Of a DNA stretch of 64,000 nt, positions 38,335 through 52,840 are shown piece by piece. Position numbers and translations under genes: made by a program. The notes below the pieces were generated by a model. That model ran no database searches and was not told the DNA's origin. It was given only the letters and a program-made list of their open reading frames with translations. The stretch is from Octopus vulgaris (Eukaryota). Every line of letters begins with the position of its first letter. Within the stretch, counting starts at the first letter, position 1. The DNA lies in NCBI GenBank assembly GCA_951406725.2, contig OX597823.1, forward strand, positions 60,636,001 to 60,700,000, written 5' to 3'.

Positions 38335-39130
38335 TAGCATGACGGAATTGTTAGAGTAGTGAACAAAATATCTTGCAGTATTTAGTTATGATTCTTCACA
38401 TTTTAAGTTCATATCTTACTGAAGTCAACTTTGCCATTTTACCATTCCCAGGCTGATAAAATAGGGTACCAGTCAAGTATTGGGTCAAGTAAACACTTCA
38501 TGTGTGTCCCTTAAAACTTCAGGCCATTGTCGTTAAGATGGCAGAGTTTTATAGTATTAGAGTTTACAACATGTCATGTTGTATTTAGTTTAAACTTCAC
38601 ATTTTGAGTTCAAATCCTGACTAGATAAATTTTGTCTTTTTGTCCTTCCAGGGTCAGTAGAGTTCTAGTCAAAAACTAGTAATGAAATAACTGCCTATTC
38701 TCTTCCACTAAATTTCAGGCCATTTCTTCTGTTAGAAACAATTATTATTGGTGAACTCTACAGAGTAGTGGACAATGTTTTTGCAATATAAAATTTTATA
38801 CTTACACAGTTACAGTTCAAATCCTACCGAGGTCAACTTTCTTTGGCTGTCATCCTTCGAAAATCAATAAAATATTTGCCTGTCAAGTACTACAGGAGTT
38901 GATGTAATTTACTCTTTCTTACTCCCAACATTAATGACCCAGAGTCTATATTTGCAATTATTATTATTATTAATGCTTAGTGGTATTTCATCTGTCTTCA
39001 TATTCTGAGTTCAAATTTGCCTTTCGTCCTCTCGGAGTCAATAAAATAAGTACAAGTTGAGTACTGAGATCAATGTAATTGACTCTCCCCCACCCCCAAA
39101 TTTCAGGCCTTGTGCCTATAGTAGAAAAGA
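38335..39130 (+). mobile_element. Tandem cluster of about 4 degenerate SINE B copies
   Basis: Repeated gttcaaat...gtcaacttt...aagtac...ttcaggcc modules, mostly separated by (ATT)n. Confidence 0.75.
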
Positions 39131-39149
39131 TTATTATTTTTATTATTTA

Positions 39150-39725
39150 GGAAACTGAGTGTCTCAAATGCCCCAGAGGCTCTTTATGGGATGTGGATAT
39201 TTTCTGCTACTTAGGGGACCCTAATTAGTAGAAAATGTAATCACTAGAAGAAGAATTGGTTGGAGAAAATTCAGAGCTTTCACCTCTGTTGGCAACCAAA
39301 GTCTCTCTCTGAGTGGAAGGAAGATTGTATGATGCATGTATTATGAACAGTAATGCAGCATGGTAATGAGATGTGGACCCTGAATACAAAGGGTATGCGA
39401 AAGCTAGAGAGGAATGATGTTAGTATGCTCCACTGGATGTGCAATGTAAGCATTCAAGCGTGACAGAGTGCTTATGCATTGAAAGAAAAGTTAGGCATAA
39501 GAGGAATTAGATACAGTGTGCAAGAGAGAAGACTGCACTGGTTTGATTTCGTCATGCAATGAGGACAGATGTAGACAGCTGCATATAGAGGTGCCGATCA
39601 TTTAAAGTGGAAGGAACTAGTGGACAAGGGAGACCCAGGAAGACATGGGACTAAGTACTGAAGGCCAATCTTAGGTCACAACTATACAAAAGAGATGTCA
39701 AAGGACCGAGATATCTGGCACCTTG
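39150..39725 (+). pseudogene. RTE-clade LINE ORF2 3' fragment
   Basis: Manual translation: FCYLG, RIGWRKFR, GRLYDACI, LERNDVSMLHWMCNV, LKEKLGIRGIRYSVQERRLHWF, GRPRKTW; frameshifted. Confidence 0.85.
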
Positions 39726-41125
39726 CAAAAAGAAAAAAAAAAGTAGTCAAGGAGTGCTGAAGCTTTTGAATTAATTTGTGTAGTTAATTTATATAATCAT
39801 TTTGTAGAAATGATGTGTAACAAAATTGAACTTCAACTGAATTATTGATTTAATGTGCTTTGTTTTTATTATTTAAGAATGAGCTGCTAATATCTTTACT
39901 TCGTTAATGCATGTGTTTATACGTTATTTTGTAATATATAATTATTGTGTTGTTCTAATAATTTTTATTTAGCCTTTCTCATATCTCTGCTAAATATTTT
40001 AAATTAGACTGGGTTAAAAATAACCACTTTTGAAATTTAAAATAATTTATTTTGATATCTGCTTATAATTATCATGTGTATAAATTATAATTATGATACC
40101 TAAATAAAAAAGGTGGGCTGTTTTCTGTTACCCACAAGAGACCTTAGTTGAAAAGAATCAGGTCTCTTTTTGAAATATTAAGTGTGAAATATCAAAGCTA
40201 ATATTTAGCATTAATGGTAACCAAAAATCTCCATGGGATATGCCTTTCCTCATACTGACTATATTTATGATCAGTTGGCTAATTATTAACATCTTTTGAT
40301 TAACAATAATTACCTTAAGAACAGATTTATTTCTTTCGTGCAAAAAAAAAAAAAAGACAAACTATTTTTCAGAATGTTTTTTTTCCCCCGCAATATTTGG
40401 ATATTGTAATATGAATTAATAAGTTATTACTTTTAGGAAGATTCTTTGGAGAGCATTTCTATTTTAATCAATGGATTGACATTTGAAATAAGTGAAATAA
40501 ATCATAAATACAAAGTGAGAATCGACTGTAATTTCTTTGTTTTGAAATGTAAGTTCTAGGTGTAGGCTGACAGATTCATATATTAATTGAATATTAAAAT
40601 TCTTTAATTTAACATTATTGAGATGGGTGAGCAGTTCTGAAATATTTTATGCCCCAAATTATCTTCTCACTTATGTTTCAAATTGACTTCCAGATAATAC
40701 TGAATATTCATTTGCAAAATATACTTTTTGATGAATAAATACACAGGCATCCGTTTGTTTTGTTTTTATTAAAAAACAATTCATTAGTGATAGTGTTTTA
40801 TGTGCAATAAAGAAATTTTATTGCTTAAAACTTTTGAATTTATTTATTTATAAGCTATTAAGGCCTTTTTGTACTTTTATTGGCTTAAATTATGATGCCA
40901 CTATAGATTTTGTTTGTTATTAAAAATATAATTGTGATACAATATAGCTAAACAGCGTAAAGTTTTTGTTTGTTGTTCTTCTATTAAAGTATTTATTTTC
41001 AAATTCTATTTGATTCTTTTCATATCATCATATCAATTTTTATATGTTGTGTTAGGTTAAATAGGTGAATCAAGTCAACCATTCTCAATTGCTCCTATTA
41101 TTAGCTTGTTTCTTTGTTATGCTTC

Positions 41126-41180
<55 letters not shown>

Positions 41181-41728
41181 ATATATGTGCCAGCTACATT
41201 CCAAGATATCCTTACTTTATATCCATCCTGAATATTAATAAGTTCTCTAATGTTCTTGTTTAACTACTATCCTATATATATATTGTGCCATAGATTAGTC
41301 CACTACACTAGCATTTTAGTTCAGGTAGCTTCTTCTGTCTTACTTAAATAGTCTTTAGATATTTTTGAATTTTGAATAATGCAAAAAAGAAAAGGAAAAA
41401 AACATGACGAGATAGTTTGATGGGAGCTGGGGCTAAAAACCAAATCAACACTAATTTGGAATTCTTACAAACCCAAAGACTATATTTGCATTTATCACTT
41501 TGCACATTACTGACATGACTCATTGGCTTGTTTGATCAAGATCATAATTTTGCACCTGGGGCAGATGTTTGTCATTTTGTTTATTTTAATTTCTGCACTC
41601 AAAATTTAGATGTCAGTGTGTTTATTGGAAGGATTCTCCTTGAAAAATATTTTTATTATTGTTGTAAACCTTGAAAACTAAATTTTCTCTAAGCATATTT
41701 CCACATTTGATTCAGTACTCAGTTCTTA

Positions 41729-41792
41729 GACATTACTATATACTGACATTACTATATACTGATATCATTATATACTGACATTACTATACACT
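41729..41792. repeat. 16-bp minisatellite x4 (GACATTACTATATACT)
   Basis: Four adjacent units: two perfect and two with 1-3 substitutions. Confidence 0.95.
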
Positions 41793-41869
41793 GTGTTTCT
41801 GGATCAGTTTTAATATTGGCTTTAAATTGTTTTTTCTATAACTAGCTTAGTTAGGCCATCAAGTATCTT

Positions 41870-42400
41870 TGCTGTCTGTAATTCCTGGCTTCATTTTTCC
41901 TTTCAGTTTTCCTCTTGTCACAAATTGTTCAAGGCTTTGTCATCTCATAAAATGTCAAGCAAACATGGCCTGTTGCCTCCCAGTGTTGTTACAAAGTTTT
42001 GTGGTAGTTTCCGCATGTCTATGTTTGTTCAGCATTTGTTACTTTATCTGTATAGTATATCTTCAGTATTTGTCCAAGGAGCCACATCTTTACAATATGG
42101 ACAAGCTTTTGCTCTTGATTGGATGGTTCCTGTGCACCCCACCCCCATTAAGACTCTTTTCCTCACTCTTATTCATAGCCATTTCTTAGACAATATATGT
42201 TTGATCTCTTTGATCTCACCATAACCAGCTTTGACCTGTCCAATCTTTGAATTTCTTTGATGTTTTTTCTTATCTAGTCTAATAAAGATGCCTAAATATT
42301 TAAAGCCATTGATTTGTTTCAAGGAAGTTCCATTAATTATGTTGTAAATTGACAGTATTTTCTTTTTTTCCTTTCTGTATGCTGTTATAACCCAGACCCA
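41870..42400 (-). pseudogene. Highly decayed LINE reverse-transcriptase C-terminal fragment
   Basis: ORF 42173-42514 contains INGTSLKQINGFKYLGIF, matching the common LINE i.g..le.v..fkYLG motif. Confidence 0.55.
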
Positions 42401-44689
42401 GCTTTCTTTGTTGTTGATGTGAAGACCACACTGTCTGCACAATAGAGACTTTTGATATTTTGTCCTCTTACCTTTGTACCTGTTGTGTGTGGGACAGGAG
42501 TAGGTGGAAGTCAATGATTGCCAACACTGGTAGACATAGAGTATGGCATACGAAGAAATATATGAAGTGCAGCTTTGTTTAACATGAACTTTTGTGGCTC
42601 TTACTGTATTTTTTTAAATCTTAATTTTGTGCAGTCATTCTTTTACGTGGTGATACATTCTCAGTTATGGTATAATGGAGCTTCACTCTATTAATTTCTT
42701 GAAGATATACTAAAAGATAAGAAGTACAATTTTAGTTATCTTAATTTGATTGTTAGTTAAGACTCTGGTACAATTTGAACTTTTCTACATGGGATTATAC
42801 TAACTGAAATTATATTTCTATTAAAATTTTGATGTTGGATTTCCTAGTATCACTTTCAATTATCCTTTTCTGGGAAATATGTTGAATGAATATGTTAAGA
42901 ATGTGTTAACATGTTAAGAAGTATGTTAAATAGCTTCTTTTATGTCCTATCTCGTTACTGGTGTCAACACTATTGGCAAATATAAATGTTTAGCAAACCA
43001 AAACCACAATGTGGGTTGATTTTTCAATTATAGTAAAGGCATGAACATCACTGCCTCTTTCTTATCATGTAAATGTTAACGAGTTTTGTTATTATATTAC
43101 TAATATGCCTTCAGTGGTTTAGCACAGCTGTGACTTCAAGGTTTGGTACAAAGTACAAAAGAAATAATAAATATTTTGAAGAAATGTGAACCAATATCCT
43201 GTGAATTGTAATTATTATTCTACAGTTGAAGTAGAGAATTATTTCTGTTGATACACCACACTTCTGTAGAAACCAAATGACCGAATCATAAATAACTAAA
43301 AGTTAAAAAAAAAGCAGAAAAAAAAAGCAAAAGTAATATTTTGCTCTCAACCCTAATTGAAAGAAATGTATGTAAATAAATTTCAGTATTTACGTAGCTG
43401 TCAGTTTTAGTTTTGTAATATAAAAAACAAATGTGACTGGAAAATTATGCAATTTGAAAATAAAAAAAGCAGGAAAAAGAAAAGACTATATATAATGTAC
43501 AGTGTAGGTTTTATTTTCAAAAAAAATTTTTTTTATATATTTTAAAAAGAACAGCATTAAAAGGAACAGTTTGTGATAGAGTTAAAAATTTGTCTCCTGC
43601 AAAGTTATTTTCGATGGAAATTTATTTTGGTAATAAATTTAGTGACAAAAGTGAAAATATAAAATACAATATAGAAAGAGGTTTTTATGATTAAAAGAAC
43701 AATAAAAGTAGGGTTTCTTTTCAAGTGTTTGTTCTCAAGATAACATTTTACTATTTCAACAATATTTACAAAGCAAAAAACAAAGAAAAGAAAAGAAAAA
43801 AATTAAATAATTTAAAATAGTTATTTTTGTAAATACAAAAATTAATTTTATTGTTTTCAAAAATTTGCTTTCGAACATGTTACATAAATATTGTGAATCT
43901 CTCATGGAATCATCCTTAATTTTTATGCTATTTTAACTTTTTGGTGGTTTTACTTCACTAACTTTTTCTTTTGTTTCAAAAATATTTCTATGTCCTAAAT
44001 ATTTATATTTATAGATGTATTACTTATTAAACTATTGCAAAATTATATGCGAAAAATAACCAGCGACAAGAGTTTTGGATTTGTTAAATAAATTCTTGCT
44101 TTGAGAAAATTTATAAATACAAATCCAATGGGATTTTCGTATATGATATGTATTTAACAGAAAAACAGACGCAAAACATATGATTTATTGCAAAATTGTC
44201 ATTACAATTATATTTTGTGAAAAATAGTTTCCAAGGAAAAAACTTGTACTGGTAATTTTTCTCTTACTTGAAGTTGTGTTATAGCCAGGAACTTGCTCAC
44301 AGAGTCTAATCTATTTTACATTCACATGTAGTTAATGTATTCTATCACTACAGACATTTTATTATCTTATGAAAATTTTACAAGAACATTTCTGAAATTG
44401 CTTGTTCTACTATGGTTTCATTGGAATTGCGTAAAACTGTGTTGTAATGATATTTATAAACAATTTCATTTTATGCAAAATGTATGCTTCATATGAGATT
44501 TTATAATTTCTGAAATTAATCCTATTTGCAAAGACTATATTTATAACTAGAATGTTATTAAATTTTCAATATATGTATATGGTATGTATATGATGTGTAT
44601 GTATATGATGTGTATGTATATATATATATATATATACATGTGTGTATGTATATATATGAATATATATATGTATCATCATCATCATCTTA

Positions 44690-45000
44690 CTCTTCCTGTC
44701 ACCAACCTTCACCTCTTTCCAGACATTATTCATGGAAGATGGGAAATGAGTAACCATGCTTATATGACAGTGGTGCTTACAATGTTCACATGATGTCTAG
44801 ACAAGGATACATACAAACACACACACATACATGCACACATATTAAAAGGCACCTTTTAGTTTCTCTCTACCAAATCCACTCATAAGGCTTTGGTCTGCCT
44901 GGGGCTATGTTAGAAATCACTTGCCCAAGGTGTCATCTGGTGTGACTGAACCCAAGACTACATGGTTGGGAGGCAAGCATCTTAACCATATAACCACATC
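44690..45000 (-). mobile_element. SINE family A head with alternative tail (degenerate)
   Basis: ccaaatccactcataaggctttggtc...cacttgcccaaggtg...actgaaccc...ttaaccata. Confidence 0.78.
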
Positions 45001-46186
45001 TGTTGCATGGTATATGTTATATCATGACTGTACCATGCACTCTGTGTCTGCTTTCATATGGTTTCTATGGCTTGATGCTCTTACTAACAGCAACCACTTC
45101 ATGGCATGTACTGGGTGCCTTTTTTCAAACCACCTATTTACTGAGATCCCCAGTGCTACTTCCATGACTATGAACCCAGAGGGAGTGACTTTACACTAGG
45201 AAATTTGGGGTTAAAGTATAAATGAAGAGGCCAGAGCAGAACAGGTTTGTTGCTGTAGAGCAGCTACATGACTACTCACATTTTAGTGGAGATGGCATAA
45301 TTGAAATGGTGGAGTTGGAAAGTGATAAAAATAGTGGCGATGAGGTGTGATGGTGGATCCTCAGTTCACTGGCATAGTTAGAGTGTGTGCCACCTTGCAT
45401 GGCCCTTCAGTTTGCTGCCCCTAGGCTTCCATAAAAAAATGCATATTGCCTACAGCAGACCCAAAAGTGGTGCCACCCTCTCTGCCTCACTTTCTCTAGC
45501 TACGCTAGTGCCTCAACGTACAAAGTTTCACTGGAACCAGGAATATGAGTGGTTGGAGTTTGCAAAAGTTTGTTGGGTAATGAAAAATGGGGAATGGGTG
45601 AGGGTAGGGAAGGTAGTAACACCTGTAAAGATTGGGTAGGTTAAAGGGTGGATGTAAGTGAATAGTGGATAAGGTGTGGGGGATGAGCAATGATGCCAGA
45701 AATTGCAGCAGTAGGGGTGTAGGCAATGAACTAATATTGCAGAAAAACAGATGGGGAAGAGCAGCAGAATATTAATGATGATACAGTAGACAGGAGAAGG
45801 ACAGGATGAAAGAGAGTTGACATGTGACTGGGTTGATTGCCACAGTAGGGTGTTCAGGAGGGCTTGGTGTAGTACACAAGGAGAATGGGATATGTATGGT
45901 GGTGAAGGGGAACAGATAATTCTGTGGCTGTAAAGGAGGGTGTGATTCTTGAGGGATCTTTGTCTTGCAAGTTACTTGGTGTCCTTGCTGATGCTGGTGC
46001 CAGACAAAAAGCATCCAGTCCACCTGTAAACTAGTTGATATTAGAAAGGGCATCCAGTGGTAAAAAACATGCTGACAGTGGAGCTTGGCACAGTCCTCTG
46101 ACTTACCAGCTCTTGTCAGACTGTCCAATTTATGACAGCATGGAAAGACAGATGTTAAATGATGATAATGATACAGCTGTGTCTTC

Positions 46187-46268
<82 letters not shown>

Positions 46269-46392
46269 ATATTTAAACATAGCCACACATCATCCAACCC
46301 ATGACAGTATGAAAATGGACATTAAATGATAATGATGATTTGTGTATGTTTATGTTTATATAAATGTGTGTGCATGTATATATGTATGTATG

Positions 46393-46451
<59 letters not shown>

Positions 46452-46481
46452 ATATGTATGTATATACATACATATATATGC

Positions 46482-46756
46482 ATGGCTCTATGGTAAAAAG
46501 CTTACTTCTTAACCACATAGTTCCAGGTTCAGTACATATTTGTGTGTCTGTGTTTGTCCCCACACCATTGCTTGACAACCAATGTTGGTATGTTTAGGTT
46601 CCTGTAACTTAGCAGTTCGGTAAAAGAGACTGATAGAATAAGTACTAGGCTTACAAGAATAAGTCCTGGGATCGATTTCTTCTATTAAAAAAAAACTCTT
46701 TAAGGCAGTGCTCCTGCATGGCCACAGTAAACTGATTGAAACAAGTACGGTAAAAG

Positions 46757-46758
<2 letters not shown>
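46482..46758 (+). mobile_element. SINE family A, internally deleted
   Basis: The head tggctctatggtaa...ggttcagt joins directly to the tail gtttgtccccc...gatagaataagtactaggcttacaagaataagtcc. Confidence 0.82.
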
Positions 46759-46792
<34 letters not shown>

Positions 46793-48007
46793 GTCTTTGT
46801 GAATTCACAAATAAAAAAATTACTTATCTACTAACGCAGTGTTGAGCACTCATTCCAACGTTCTACTTTTACGTATATGTCTGTGTGTGAGTGTATTTCT
46901 TTATGTATACATATATATATTAATGTTTTTGGTTATATATTTTTGTGTATATCTATGTGTGTGTGTGTGTGTGTGTGTATCTATATAAATCTGTTTATAT
47001 ATACATTTCTGTATATGCATAGTTTGTGATTACATATATGTCTGTATGTATTATATATATTCCATTGAATAAACAATACATTTGTATTTATAAATGTGTT
47101 CATATGTGTATATAATTTTACATATATATATACATGTATATATAGCTGTGTGTTTGTGTGTATATATTTACACACACACACATACACACACACAGAGTTT
47201 TTGCTACACTGAAGATCATTTGTTATATTGCTACAAACATTGACATACTCACCTGTACATTATTACACACTTAATCTTCTTCATCTTATTTTGACACATG
47301 CACACTGCCATATACATATTATTGTCTTACCAGCTCATTTCTTCATTCTGAATTATAAACACTTTCTGAAAAAAAAAAAATCTCACACTTTTCCTTCTTT
47401 CTTTTATACGTATGCTCAAATTATAATGAACCTTTTTTTTTTATATTTCTGAATGTAACTACTTGAAATAAGATTAAACGTTTGCTATAAATAATTTATT
47501 TTAATTTTTTTTTTTTTTTTTGAGTTTTGTAATTTTGCATATTGTCAAGGATAAAAAGAACTGTTTTTATGTTTTTTTTTTTACCATTCCTTCCTCTCTG
47601 ATTGTATTGTTGCTCACATATTTTTTTGTTATTGAACATATCAACTTTATCTTTACCAATAGCATGCACATGTTGCTTTCTCACTATGGTTTTTTTTTTT
47701 ATTATTATCTGAAATTAAAATTCATATGCAGTGTAGACTATTTGTGTTGATAATGAAAGTCTTAAAGGTTGCTATTGATGAAAACATGAGAGAAGGGATC
47801 AATATATTTCTTCATAGTCATAAAAAGTAAACATAGAAGAAATAAGGTAGTTTTTCATAATTTTTTTATTCAAGAGAGCTTGCTGTTTTTTTTCATACAT
47901 TTATTACTAGTGCTTTTTATAAAGGTGGCCTAGAAGTTAGTGCTTTCCCTTTATTCTTGAAGTTACAAGTTAAATTCCTGGACTAAGCACCACATTACAT
48001 TTCTTAA

Positions 48008-48188
48008 CCCTTTAAAACCAGTTATATCTAACCCAAATATTCTTTCTGTTTTATATTCAAATCAGCTAGATCTGACCTTTCACTCTTACCCTACAGTATT
48101 ACTCTCAAAATAAACAATAACTTCATCAAAATCTCAAAGCTATGGGATTAAGCATTACATTAGCCAGAGTAATCTGAATGTGAAAGGG
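48008..48188. mobile_element. piggyBac-type MITE family 1 inserted in an older SINE (about 47920-48400)
   Basis: TTAA|CCCTTT ... AAAGGG|TTAA; flanks resemble the tRNA/CORE SINE seen at 55150-55392. Confidence 0.82.
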
Positions 48189-49249
48189 TTAAGCAAAGCT
48201 CTTCATTTCATACTGCTTCAGTTTACTCAGCTCTATGCAACCCTCTCTCCCTCCTGCTGTCTTGGCCTTGATGCCTCATTGCGTCTTGGGTAGGAAGGGC
48301 AAGAATTTATCAGCAGTGTCTGATCGTGACTACATAGTTGTCTAAAACAGTTAGCAAAAGCATGTTGCATGCTACTAGATCATTCTTGCTTATGAGTGAT
48401 GACTATGGTTTTATTTTTACAAATAGTCAGTTTAATTTAAACAGGAGTGCATCAGAGTAGGTACTTTATTGTAAACAACTTTATTGCATACCACTTTTCA
48501 ATGGTGCGTCAATAATGAGTTCACAATTATGTATTCAGTGGTTGCAACTAATGCATCCTGGGTGTACTCAGGCACAGATAATAATAGTGATGGAGCTGGG
48601 ACATTATAGGGAGAAATTGCAAAGTTGTGATTTGTAGAATCTGTTACATAGAAAAGATTATGGAAAAGCAATCATAAAAGCAACAGTAAACAAAAAGAAA
48701 AGGAATGAGACATCCCAATAGAAGGACAGCCACTTAGAACAAATCAAAGAATTCTATGTATCCAAGACTGCCATGATTACCCAAGACCACAGTCATCTTC
48801 CAGTTGTGTTCCCTAGTCTATATTTGCATGCTGAGAGAATAACCACTCATTCGCTTCTGCTGGGCCATTATCATCACTCTCATCAATTTTTCAGTAAATT
48901 CACTGGGGGCATACCTTCCTGTCCAGTATCAACTTCCTAACCAAATGGAATTTGCAGAAATTGATAAAAGCTTCACTGAAAAGGAAATTCAGTTCTTACA
49001 TTCTTAGCACACAGTCTCTTTATCATAAGCACTATATGGTCAAAAAAAATGTGGCTGGGTGGTTTTTATAATGGACTTTGTTAAAAGCAAGATCTCTTCT
49101 TCATGTGACAACAACTATTCAACTTAATTCCACAGTTTAGCAGTGCATAGAAACTGAATGAGTGTACAACTCTAGGATAGGCAAGACTGACAGCGTTACT
49201 GTATCTATAGAGTTTATCTTGAGTTGGCAATTGTCCCGTCCCCACCAGT

Positions 49250-50698
49250 GAAAAACAAAGTTGACCTCAGCAGAATTTGGACTCAGAAGGTAAAGATGGA
49301 TGAAATGCTGCAAAGCATTCTGTCCAGCATGCTAACAATTCTGCCTGCTCACTACCTTAATAACAATAATAATAATAATAATCCATTCTAGGTCTAAAAT
49401 TTTTGGGGTGGGGCTAGTCAGTTATATTGACACCAGTACACAATTGGTACTTATTTCATCAGCTGCAAAAGGATAAAAGGCAAAGTTGACCTTGGCGGGA
49501 TTTGAACTCAGAACATAAAGACGAACAAAATGCCGCTAAGCATCTTGCTTGGCACGCCAATGACTCTGTCAGTTCACTGCCTTAATAATAATGATAATAA
49601 TAATCCTTTCTACAAAAGGCACAGGGCCTGAAATTTGAAGGAGGTGACTAGTCAGTCATATCGAGCCCAATGTCTCACTGGTACTTATTTCATCGACCCC
49701 GAAAGGATGAAAAGCAAAGTTGACCCTGGTGGTATTTGAACTCAGAATGAGCAAAATACTGCTAAGCATTTTGTTCAGTGTGCTAACAATTCTGGCAGCT
49801 CACCTCCTTAATAATAATAATAATAATAATGATAATAAAAATCTTTTCTACTAAAGGCACAGGGCCTGAAGTTTGGTAGGAGGAGACTAGTCAATTACAT
49901 TGACTCCAGTGTGTAACTGGTACTTATTTTATCAGCTGAAAGAATGAAAAACAAAGTTAATTTTGGCGGAATTTGAACTCAGATCGTGCAGATGGATGAA
50001 ATGGCGCTAAGCACTTTGTCCTGTGTGCTAACGACTCTGCCTGCTCACTGCCTAATAATGATGATAATAATAATGGTTTCAAATTTGGCACAAAACCAAC
50101 AAGTTTGGAGCAAGGGTGGGGGATAAGTCGATTACATTGACCCCACTGCTCAAGAATGAAAGGCAAATTTGACCTCAGGAGAATTTGTGCTCAGGGTATA
50201 GAGGTGGACAAATTGCTGCTAAGCATTTTGCCCAGGGTGCTAATAATGATGATGATGATGATGATGATAATAATAATATTTTCAAATTTTGACACAAGGC
50301 TAGCAATTCCAGAGGATGAGTAAGTAGATTACATCAACCCCAGTACTCCACTGATAATTATTTTATCGACCCCGATAGGATGAAAGCAAAGTGAACCTCA
50401 TTGGAATTTAAACTGAGAATATGAAGATGGGTGAAATGCTGCTAAGCATTTTGTCTGGCATTCTTACGGTTGTGTCAGCTTGTCGCCTTAATAATAATAA
50501 TCCTTTCTATTATAGGCATAAGGCCTGAAATTTTGGTGGAAGGGGTAAGTCGAATACATTGATCCCAGTGCATAACTAGTTTAATTGACCCCAAACGGAT
50601 GAAAGGCAAAGTTGACCTCAGAGAAATTTGAACTCCGAACGTAGCAGCATACAAAATACCGCTAAGCATTTCACCCAACATGCTAACAATTCTGCCAG
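49250..50698 (-). mobile_element. Head-to-tail array of about 7 SINE B copies
   Basis: Seven diverged cores (starting about 49250, 49383, 49603, 49842, 50073, 50279 and 50500) separated by (AAT)n/(GAT)n spacers. Confidence 0.9.
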
Positions 50699-50775
50699 TA
50701 GTAATGACTCACACTACAGCAATAACAACTTGATAAGCAAATTCGTTCTTAGTATTTTATTTTGTACTGACTCTC

Positions 50776-50961
50776 TTATATCAAGTGCTCCTGTATAGCC
50801 TGTTGCTGGTGCTGCACTGTGTTGCCAGCAAATCTATGAAAATGTTCATTGCCCATCAAACTGTGAAAAAATAACCACGAGATATACAGTTCATTGCTTC
50901 CAGCAGTGAATGACACTACATAATTGAAAAGTGCTCCATTAGTTTGCAATGTTGAATCCAT
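50776..50961 (-). CDS. Candidate 61-aa small ORF in a putative minus-strand exon (unknown product)
   Basis: Pyrimidine tract plus CAG acceptor at 50970, AATATGG start, stop at 50776 and AATAAA at 50761-50756; no recognisable domain. Confidence 0.2.
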   Translation of the reverse strand: MDSTLQTNGALFNYVVSFTAGSNELYISWLFFHSLMGNEHFHRFAGNTVQHQQQAIQEHLI

Positions 50962-51899
50962 ATTTTCTCCTGTGTGAAAAGAAAATAAAACAGTAAGAAA
51001 ATAGCAAAACAAAACATAGTTTAATGCTTTCAAAACTGGGATAAGTTCTAGCATATGGTGAGACCTTCTGATAAATACTGGAATTAAATACGTATATATA
51101 AATTAAGATCTATCGTAGATCAGCTATGCCCAAAATAGTAAAAGTTCTAAACTCTTAAATCGTGAGTTCGTATTTCAGCTCTGTTAGCCACCAATTTATT
51201 CTTTATCTGCTTGCTAAATCTTATCTGATAAAAAAAACACAAACTATGATTTTAAAATTGTAGTGAAAGCGATAAAACAAAAGCAAAACAAATAAAGCCC
51301 CCAAAACAAAAACAAAAAATTCCCCCCCCCCCCGAAAGTGCTTAATTTTATTTTCATTTTGTTCCTAATATTTTCTGATTGGGAAATCAATACAGCAATT
51401 TAATTTGTATTTTTTAAAAATTGTCCTTTTGGTAAAACATAACATCATCTGTTTCGTTCTCAATTCTGTTGACTCATAATATTATGAGCTGTATGCCGTT
51501 TTACCCTGATTCATAAAAGGTTCATGTCAATACAGTTTTGCTATCATTTTCTAAACAATTTTTTATTTATTTATTTTCTTTAATTGCTGGTTAGATATTT
51601 GGAATTTTCTATTGACATGTTTAACACGTCTCCTGCTATAAACATGTCCTATTTATTACTGTTCCTGTCTCTAGAATTCTGTTACTAGTATCATTATTTA
51701 GTTTATATTGCTTGTAGAATTTTTGAAATTATTTCTTGCTTATCATTAGCCATCTCCTTGTATTCAATTCAGTAATTATAATTACTGTTCTTTTTCTCGT
51801 TATTGCTGCTGCCTTCAATATGTATCTCACATAGTTCATTTGTTCATACACACACACACACCATCATCATCATCATTATCATCATTATCTTCATCGTCT

Positions 51900-52300
51900 T
51901 CATGTTAATGTCTACTTTTCCATGCTTGTATGGGTTAGACAAAGTTTATGGAGGCAGATTTTTCTCTCTGGCTGAATCCTCTTCCTCTGCCAACCTTTAC
52001 ACGTTTCCAGACAAAGTAACATTTCTCCATAGCTGGATATGTTTTCCTGCAGAATTTTGGAAATGTTTGCATTACACAATGTCAAGACAAGAACACACAC
52101 ATGTACACGTGGACACACATGTGCACACGGAGATACACACACACAACTGGCTTCGTTTAGTTTCTGTCTATCAAATCCACTCACAAGGCAGTGATCTGCC
52201 CAGGGCTATAGTAGAAGACACTTGGGTACTTGGTGGCACTGGACTTGAAGCTGTATGATTACAAAACAAATGTCTTCACCACACAGCCACACTTGTGCCT
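51900..52300 (-). mobile_element. SINE family A head with alternative tail
   Basis: tctacttttccatgc...gaggcagatttt tail and aaatccactcacaagg...ccacacagccac head. Confidence 0.78.
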
Positions 52301-52317
52301 ATATGTATGTATGTATT

Positions 52318-52354
<37 letters not shown>

Positions 52355-52797
52355 ATCATCATCCTCTACTATCTTATCACTTAATGTGATAACCTTTAAT
52401 ATGATGTGATTGTTTTAGTATTATATCTGTATGTATTATTGCATATCCTGTGCCAAACAATACGCACTAACATTTCCACTCTTAGCTACAGTTTCTTTTT
52501 GCTGGCACCAACTTTGTCACTATTGGGAAATACTAAAATTCGAACACACTTACACATACACACATGTACACACACATGTTTGCGTGGACATGCACACACA
52601 CAGACACTCGCACACACACACACACACACACACTGTGTTTGCGACAGTCTTTTCTCTTGTGTACTTTGCTTTTTTGTCTAAGAGCCATCCTCAGAGTTGT
52701 GTCAAATTCCCAAGACTTTTATATTTCTATGGAACATTCATTCATTTCAAAATATGCCCAGCCTTATGTATGTCTGACCTAGAGCACTTGATAACCT

Positions 52798-52840
<43 letters not shown>

